43,527 nt of DNA from Planctomycetaceae bacterium. GTDB taxonomy: Bacteria > Planctomycetota > Planctomycetia > Pirellulales > UBA1268. The position numbers and the translations under genes were made by a program. Location: NCBI GenBank assembly GCA_027486095.1, contig JAIXPT010000440.1, positions 1-43,527 on the forward strand, given 5' to 3'. How positions within the stretch are numbered: the first letter of the stretch is position 1; each line of letters opens with the position of its first letter. Shown piece after piece: positions 39,087 through 43,527 of the stretch. The notes beneath the pieces are model-generated. The model did no database searches. It was given only the letters and a program-made list of their open reading frames with translations, and was not told the origin of the DNA.

Positions 39087-39461
39087 TCAGTCGATCGGCC
39101 GACTTCCGCCCGATGTCGAGCCACGGGTCAACAGAGGAACGGCGGCGAAACCGGCCAAGACTGCACAGGCGCCCGCAGCCACAGCGACGCCGCCGCCCCG
39201 CGTCGCCCCCCACACATTCTGCGTCGCCGCCATCGCCACGACGATCGGGATATACATGCCCGCCCAGTAGCCGACTCCCATCTCGAATGCCGGGGTGGCG
39301 AGCCCACGACGCCGAACGCCGGCCATGCCGAGCATCAGTGCCACCATCGCGACACCGACGCCCCCGATGTCACTGTCGATGCCGAGCCACTGCGCGAGAA
39401 AAAATCCGAGGCAGCGGCCCAGCAGCACGCACGCAGCCAGAAGCACCGTACCCCACACCAT
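39087..39461 (-). CDS. madL: Malonate transporter subunit MadL
   Basis: MVWGTVLLAAC, LGIDSDIGGVGVAM, YWAGMYIPIVVAMAATQNV; directly upstream of madM. Confidence 0.92.
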   Translation of the reverse strand: MVWGTVLLAACVLLGRCLGFFLAQWLGIDSDIGGVGVAMVALMLGMAGVRRRGLATPAFEMGVGYWAGMYIPIVVAMAATQNVWGATRGGGVAVAAGACAVLAGFAAVPLLTRGSTSGGSRPID

Positions 39462-39545
39462 CGGATTCAGTCCTCAACGGTCTGACAAACCGCTCGCGAT
39501 CTACCCGACCGCCTGGGAAGTGAAAATCTTTCGTAAGGCGACCGA

Positions 39546-40262
39546 TCAGCGACGTGCCCGCTTCGACGCCCGCCGCTTCGCCGGCGTGTTCGCTTCGTGC
39601 ATGAGCGCGAGCGATGCCACGAGATCGCCATACCGCTCCCCCTGCACGATCACGTGGCTTCGCAGCCGCTGCGCCGCGAGTTCGCCATCACCCTCGGCCA
39701 GGGCATCGACGATCGCCTGATGCTCTGAATAGGAGTTTTTCAAGCGGTTGCGCAGCCGCAACTGCAGCCGGCGGTAGGGCCGCAGCCGGCGCTGGAGCGA
39801 CGAGGCCTGCTCGACCAGGAATGCATTGTGGCTGGCCGCGTAGATCAGGCGGTGGAAGTCTTCGTTATGTGCGAAGTAGTCGTCGATGCTTGCGGAGTCG
39901 CGGGCCTCCTCGCACCGCTCGTGGACGGCGGCGAGGGCGGCGTGCTCCTCGTCGGTCATGCGGCGGGCCGCCAGGCGGCCGCACATCGCCTCCAGTTCCG
40001 CCATCACCTCGAACATCTCGCACAGGCGATGCGGGCTCATCTCGGCCACGATCGCGCCCCGGCGCGGCCTGAGATCGATCATCCCCGAGGAACTGAGCTG
40101 GATGAGGGTCTCGCGGATCGGCGTGCGCGACACGCCAAACTCCTTCGCGAGCGCCACCTCGTCGAGCCGCGTGCCCGGGGCATAGGTGCCATCGACGATC
40201 CGCTCTTCGAGGGTTTCGCGGACGGCATGGGAACGCTTGGGGGCGACACGGGGGGCGGGCAC
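39546..40262 (-). CDS. GntR family regulator with FCD domain (MatR-like by context)
   Basis: GTG start at 40262 with AGGAGA RBS; wHTH PGTRLDEVALAKEFGVSRTPIRE; FCD NEDFHRLI...EHQAIV..L. Confidence 0.93.
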   Translation of the reverse strand: MPAPRVAPKRSHAVRETLEERIVDGTYAPGTRLDEVALAKEFGVSRTPIRETLIQLSSSGMIDLRPRRGAIVAEMSPHRLCEMFEVMAELEAMCGRLAARRMTDEEHAALAAVHERCEEARDSASIDDYFAHNEDFHRLIYAASHNAFLVEQASSLQRRLRPYRRLQLRLRNRLKNSYSEHQAIVDALAEGDGELAAQRLRSHVIVQGERYGDLVASLALMHEANTPAKRRASKRARR

Positions 40263-40360
40263 GGTGTGAATCTCCTGAGGCGGCACAGACCGGCCGTCAG
40301 GATATAGCGACACTGGCGAGATGGCAGGGGCGATCACACACAAGCTCCCGTGAGCCTAAA

Positions 40361-40370
40361 GTGTATACGA
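40361..40370. promoter_or_regulatory. GntR-type box upstream of the GntR-madLM unit (autoregulation candidate)
   Basis: GTGTATACGA; 9/10 identical to the reverse complement of the 21334 box. Confidence 0.55.
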
Positions 40371-40548
40371 AAATAATGTGTGCGCATATTCACAGGAACC
40401 ACGGCCGGGCCATCGAAACGCTGCGCAACACCGCTCGACATCGGCTCCGGCCAGACGCCTGGCATCCTCGGCAAGCCCGGCAGATGGGGCAAAAGTGAAC
40501 TCTGTGGCTGGACATGCGTAGAGTGAATCAACCACGGAGGGTTCAATC

Positions 40549-40707
40549 ATGGATGCCCACTTCAACGAGTATCTGGCGGCGGTGGCGGGGATGCAGAATC
40601 TCTACGGCGAATCCGCCTGCGATCGCGAGCCGGGTCCGTGCGGGGAGTCGCCAGACCCCCACGCCGGCGAATTGACAGCCCCGGCCCCATTGCCGATTCT
40701 TGCCTAG
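40549..40707 (+). CDS. Small hypothetical protein (52 aa)
   Basis: GGAGG 8 nt before ATG; MDAHFNEYLAAVAGMQNLYGESACDREPGPCGESPDPHAGELTAPAPLPILA; below the ORF-track length cutoff. Confidence 0.45.
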   Translation: MDAHFNEYLAAVAGMQNLYGESACDREPGPCGESPDPHAGELTAPAPLPILA

Positions 40708-40768
40708 AGACGGGGCGGGAAACACGGCGTTCGAGTTCGGTGGACTTCGCGCCGGCATCCCATCCTCC

Positions 40769-42166
40769 ATGGCAAGCACTGGTCTGAGTCTTTTGATGAG
40801 CCGCTCTTCAAGCGTTGTCGCTGCCGGCGTGCTCATGCTCGGGCTCGCGCCCTGGGCCGCCGCCATCGAGATCACGCGGACGCTCGATCCGAGCATCGAC
40901 ACCGTCGGCCAGCAGATTCTCACGGTGCAGACCTACACGAGCGGCACGACCACGGTGCTCGATCTCGGCATCTACGACACCGGGGCGGCGGTGGTCTCCT
41001 TCGCCGCCTATGCCAACGAATACTTCCCCCAGCCGCATCGCAACCCGGGCGGGGCAGGGGGCCAGGGAATCAACGGGCGGGTCGTCGGCGACGTGTCCCA
41101 GCCGGGCACGATGCTGGTAGGCGGCTTTCAGGATTTTACGATCGACGTGGATATCAACACGTTCATATTCGATGTCTCTGTGACGACGCCGCCCACTCGG
41201 GCCGTCCCCGGCATCCAGGCGTTCGTGGGCTCGCTCGACGGCAGCCCGAATCTGCCCACGCTCGCGGGCACACCCGTCCACAAGCCGAGCGCCGCCTTTC
41301 CCGGCGGCTCGGCCGCACGGGTGTCGTTTTCCGGGATCGATTTTGCCTCGTCGCTCGGGCTCACGGGGCAGCTCTTCATCCCCACGTTCGACCTCGTGGC
41401 GCCGGGGCAAACACTCGCCAAGAAAGAAGGGAGCACGCAGCCCGCGGTGATTCCGCTCGTGCCGCTCGGCCTCGATAATTACGGGAGCGAAGGCACGAAT
41501 ATCACGGTCGTGCCCAATCCCACGGTGCCGAACGTGGGCCTGGGGATGCCGGGGGTGGAGGGCGGCTCCACGCTCGTGACGGCCAGCAGCATGCTCTTCG
41601 ACACCGGCGCCCAGGTGTCGCTCATTTCGACCGCGCTCGCCTTCGGCCTCGGGCTCGACCTCGGCAATCCCGACACCACGATCTCGGTGAAGGGGGCCGC
41701 TGGCGATCCGATCGCGATCCCTGGCTTCACGCTTGGCGAGATCGTGTTGCCCGCGGCGATCGACGGGCCCGCCGCCGACGACACGCTGCGGTTTCTCGAC
41801 GTGCCGGTCTACGTCTACGACATCGGGGTGCCGGGGCTCGACGGCATCCTGGGGATGAATCTCTTCAATCAGGCCGACGAGATGCTCATCGACCTGATCA
41901 ACGGTCAGTTCGCCGTGTCGTTTTATGAAGCGCTGCCCGAAGGCTCTGGAGCCGACGGCCTGGCCAGCGTCAACGCGGCGTTCGAAGCGATGGGGATCTC
42001 GTTCCCCGTGTTTGCCGGCAGCGTCGCGCCAGCGCTCGGTCTGGGCCCGGTCGTGCCGGTGCCGGAGCCGGGCACCCTCGTCGCCCTCGCCGGCGCGCTG
42101 GCCGTGCTCGCATCGCGGCTGCCCCGAGGCCGCCGCTTTCGGCAGCTGCCAAAGCTCCCCGAGTAG
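40769..42166 (+). CDS. Aspartic protease-like protein with PEP-CTERM
   Basis: Signal peptide; YDTGA and FDTGA motifs, GILGMNLF; VPVPEPG + TM + RGRR. Start could be 40796. Confidence 0.85.
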   Translation: MASTGLSLLMSRSSSVVAAGVLMLGLAPWAAAIEITRTLDPSIDTVGQQILTVQTYTSGTTTVLDLGIYDTGAAVVSFAAYANEYFPQPHRNPGGAGGQGINGRVVGDVSQPGTMLVGGFQDFTIDVDINTFIFDVSVTTPPTRAVPGIQAFVGSLDGSPNLPTLAGTPVHKPSAAFPGGSAARVSFSGIDFASSLGLTGQLFIPTFDLVAPGQTLAKKEGSTQPAVIPLVPLGLDNYGSEGTNITVVPNPTVPNVGLGMPGVEGGSTLVTASSMLFDTGAQVSLISTALAFGLGLDLGNPDTTISVKGAAGDPIAIPGFTLGEIVLPAAIDGPAADDTLRFLDVPVYVYDIGVPGLDGILGMNLFNQADEMLIDLINGQFAVSFYEALPEGSGADGLASVNAAFEAMGISFPVFAGSVAPALGLGPVVPVPEPGTLVALAGALAVLASRLPRGRRFRQLPKLPE

Positions 42167-42169
42167 GAT
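42151..42169. repeat. Duplicated 3' end of tRNA-Asn (att-like site)
   Basis: AAAGCTCCCCGAGTAGGAT is identical to 43042-43060. Confidence 0.85.
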
Positions 42170-42354
42170 GCGTCACAACCGCCGTATCCTTTGTGAAAAC
42201 AGGGAAGTCGGCAGAAAAGTGACTCAAAAAACGACTCACTCGGTTCGGGTCTGGAAGCCCGCAGGAGTTCGCAGGGAACCGCACGCTCGTCCGTCGCCGT
42301 TCCCGCCAGCCGCCTGGAAAACCATCAGCGACTGGTTGGGGGGAAGCAACGAGG

Positions 42355-42744
42355 TCAGTTCCAGAGGCGGGTGACCCCGTACTGATCAAACACCGTATCA
42401 GCACTCACGATTGGAATGGTTTCAACAAAGCATTGAGCCACAAGGAGCCTGTCAAAAGGATCTCTGTGGTGAAACGGCAAAGCCGTCTGCCTTTCAGCGA
42501 ACGCCAGCGTGATGGGTGACACCGTGACGCCGAGGTCTGCCAACGCCCGCTCCACCCATTGGCGATACGGCAGAGAAAGCGAAAGTTTTTTGAGGCTTGT
42601 CTTGATGGAGAGTTCCCAGATCGTCCCGACGCTTACCGTCACTTCAATGGCGGGGTTTTCAAGAACGGCTCTGGCACTGGCACCGAGCCTACTTGGGTCG
42701 TCCAACGCCCAGATCAAGGTGTGCGCATCCAGAAGATGCCTCAT
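42355..42744 (-). CDS. vapC: PIN-domain toxin, VapC family
   Basis: LLDAHTLIW, SVGTIWELSIK, LPFHHRDPFDRLLVAQ, IVSAD. Confidence 0.93.
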   Translation of the reverse strand: MRHLLDAHTLIWALDDPSRLGASARAVLENPAIEVTVSVGTIWELSIKTSLKKLSLSLPYRQWVERALADLGVTVSPITLAFAERQTALPFHHRDPFDRLLVAQCFVETIPIVSADTVFDQYGVTRLWN

Positions 42745-42977
42745 TCCATGTAATCCTTGAAGTCCTCCAGCGGAGCATCAAAGTCGGGAGCCATGTAGAG
42801 GACGGTTCCCTTCATCGTTCCCAGTTGGCGGTGAGCCTTCTTGGGTATCGGTGGTGTCGGAACGATCCGAGCCACGGGCTGGTCGTTCTCTGTGATCACG
42901 ACCTCATCCCCAGGCGTGAGGCGATGGATGATGTCGGCCAGGCCAGACTGGGCTTCTTTGAGTGTCACTGTGGTCAT
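42741..42977 (-). CDS. Antitoxin, Phd/YefM-type N-terminus with DFDAPLEDF C-terminal motif
   Basis: MTTVTLKEAQ...GDEVVIT...PVARI; GTMKG...MAPDFDAPLEDFKDYM; GGAGA RBS; coupled to vapC. Confidence 0.9.
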   Translation of the reverse strand: MTTVTLKEAQSGLADIIHRLTPGDEVVITENDQPVARIVPTPPIPKKAHRQLGTMKGTVLYMAPDFDAPLEDFKDYME

Positions 42978-43045
42978 GGCAGAGTCTCCCAACCGGAGTC
43001 TACCAGCCACACGCCCCCTTTTGGCCCCACCGCTTCGCAGAAAAG

Positions 43046-43117
43046 CTCCCCGAGTAGGATTCGAACCTACAACCTAGCGGTTAACAGCCGCTCGCTCTAC
43101 CGTTGAGCTATCGGGGA
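43046..43117 (-). tRNA. tRNA-Asn(GTT), CCA not encoded
   Basis: TCCCCGATAGCTCAACGGTAGAGCGAGCGGCTGTTAACCGCTAGGTTGTAGGTTCGAATCCTACTCGGGGAG: acceptor stem TCCCCGA/TCGGGGA, anticodon GTT, T-loop GTTCGAATC. Confidence 0.97.
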
Positions 43118-43162
43118 TCGAGGCTTTCACCCTAGCCTATTTCGGGGCCGAAATCGAGCCGT

Positions 43163-43527
43163 TCAGCCTCCGCCCGGCGGCCGCTGCTTCTCGAGCAGCA
43201 CGCTGTTGCCCCGGGCGTTGTATTCGATCCGGGTCATGAACGACCGCATCAGCATCACGCCCCGGCCACTGGGCACCTCGAGCCGCTCGTCGAGCGTGCA
43301 GTCGGGTACGGCCTGCGGGTCGAATCCCGGGCCGGCATCGGTGATTTCGATCCGCGCGAGCGCCTCCGACACCGCGCACGACACCCGCACCGTCTTGGCG
43401 GGGTCGAGCTTGTTGCCATGCACGATCGCATTGACGATCGCCTCTTCCACGGCGAGATGAATGCCGAAGATGTCGGTCGGCTCCCAGCCATGGTGGCCGA
43501 GCTGCTCGAGCAGTTCTTCCATGATCA
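43163..43527 (-). CDS. Anti-sigma factor/Ser kinase, RsbW/SpoIIAB-like HATPase_c; 5' end probably outside window
   Basis: IHLAVEEAIVNAIVHGN, ITDAGPGFDP, SGRGVMLMRSFM; frame is open to the window edge. Confidence 0.9.
   Translation of the reverse strand, partial: IMEELLEQLGHHGWEPTDIFGIHLAVEEAIVNAIVHGNKLDPAKTVRVSCAVSEALARIEITDAGPGFDPQAVPDCTLDERLEVPSGRGVMLMRSFMTRIEYNARGNSVLLEKQRPPGGG

Larger units (their letters stand above)
42170..43041. mobile_element. Integrase-less mini-island/remnant at tRNA-Asn carrying a toxin-antitoxin pair
   Basis: Bounded by 19-bp direct repeats of the tRNA 3' end; visibly more AT-rich than the flanks; contains only the TA pair. Confidence 0.7.

Noticed and set aside
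39477-39489. CGGTCTGACAAA upstream of madL as a FadR-type operator
   Set aside because: Single weak half-match with no second copy seen, and it does not fit the recurring GTATAC motif.

Overview
GC-rich Planctomycetota-type window, judged from DUF1559 prepilin-like genes and PEP-CTERM proteins. Left end: a partial sigma-70 gene, a Tat metallophosphoesterase, a hydrolase-fold protein lacking its catalytic Ser, YidB, an NtrC-type two-component pair, and an mgtA P-type ATPase broken by a deletion/frameshift. Centre (~8.6-40.4 kb): a carbohydrate-type locus with two DUF1559 modules, an unassigned secreted (alpha/alpha)-barrel-like protein, GH2, GH-A clan and GH99/71-like hydrolases, a Leloir operon with SSS transporter and ROK repressor, and two large paralogous PEP-CTERM beta-repeat proteins (one carrying an SGNH esterase). 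The same locus holds a secreted esterase, a MatB-like malonyl-CoA synthetase, the MadLM malonate transporter and a GntR/FCD regulator. A TTGTATACAA-like palindrome recurs in six intergenic regions and appears to link the glycan and malonate genes into one regulon. My main hypothesis is a malonyl-ester glycan utilization system, for example for fungal malonogalactan. Right end: a PEP-CTERM aspartic protease, a VapBC-type toxin-antitoxin pair between tRNA-Asn and a 19-bp copy of its 3' end, and a partial RsbW-like anti-sigma factor. All family calls come from motifs read by eye; no database searches were run.
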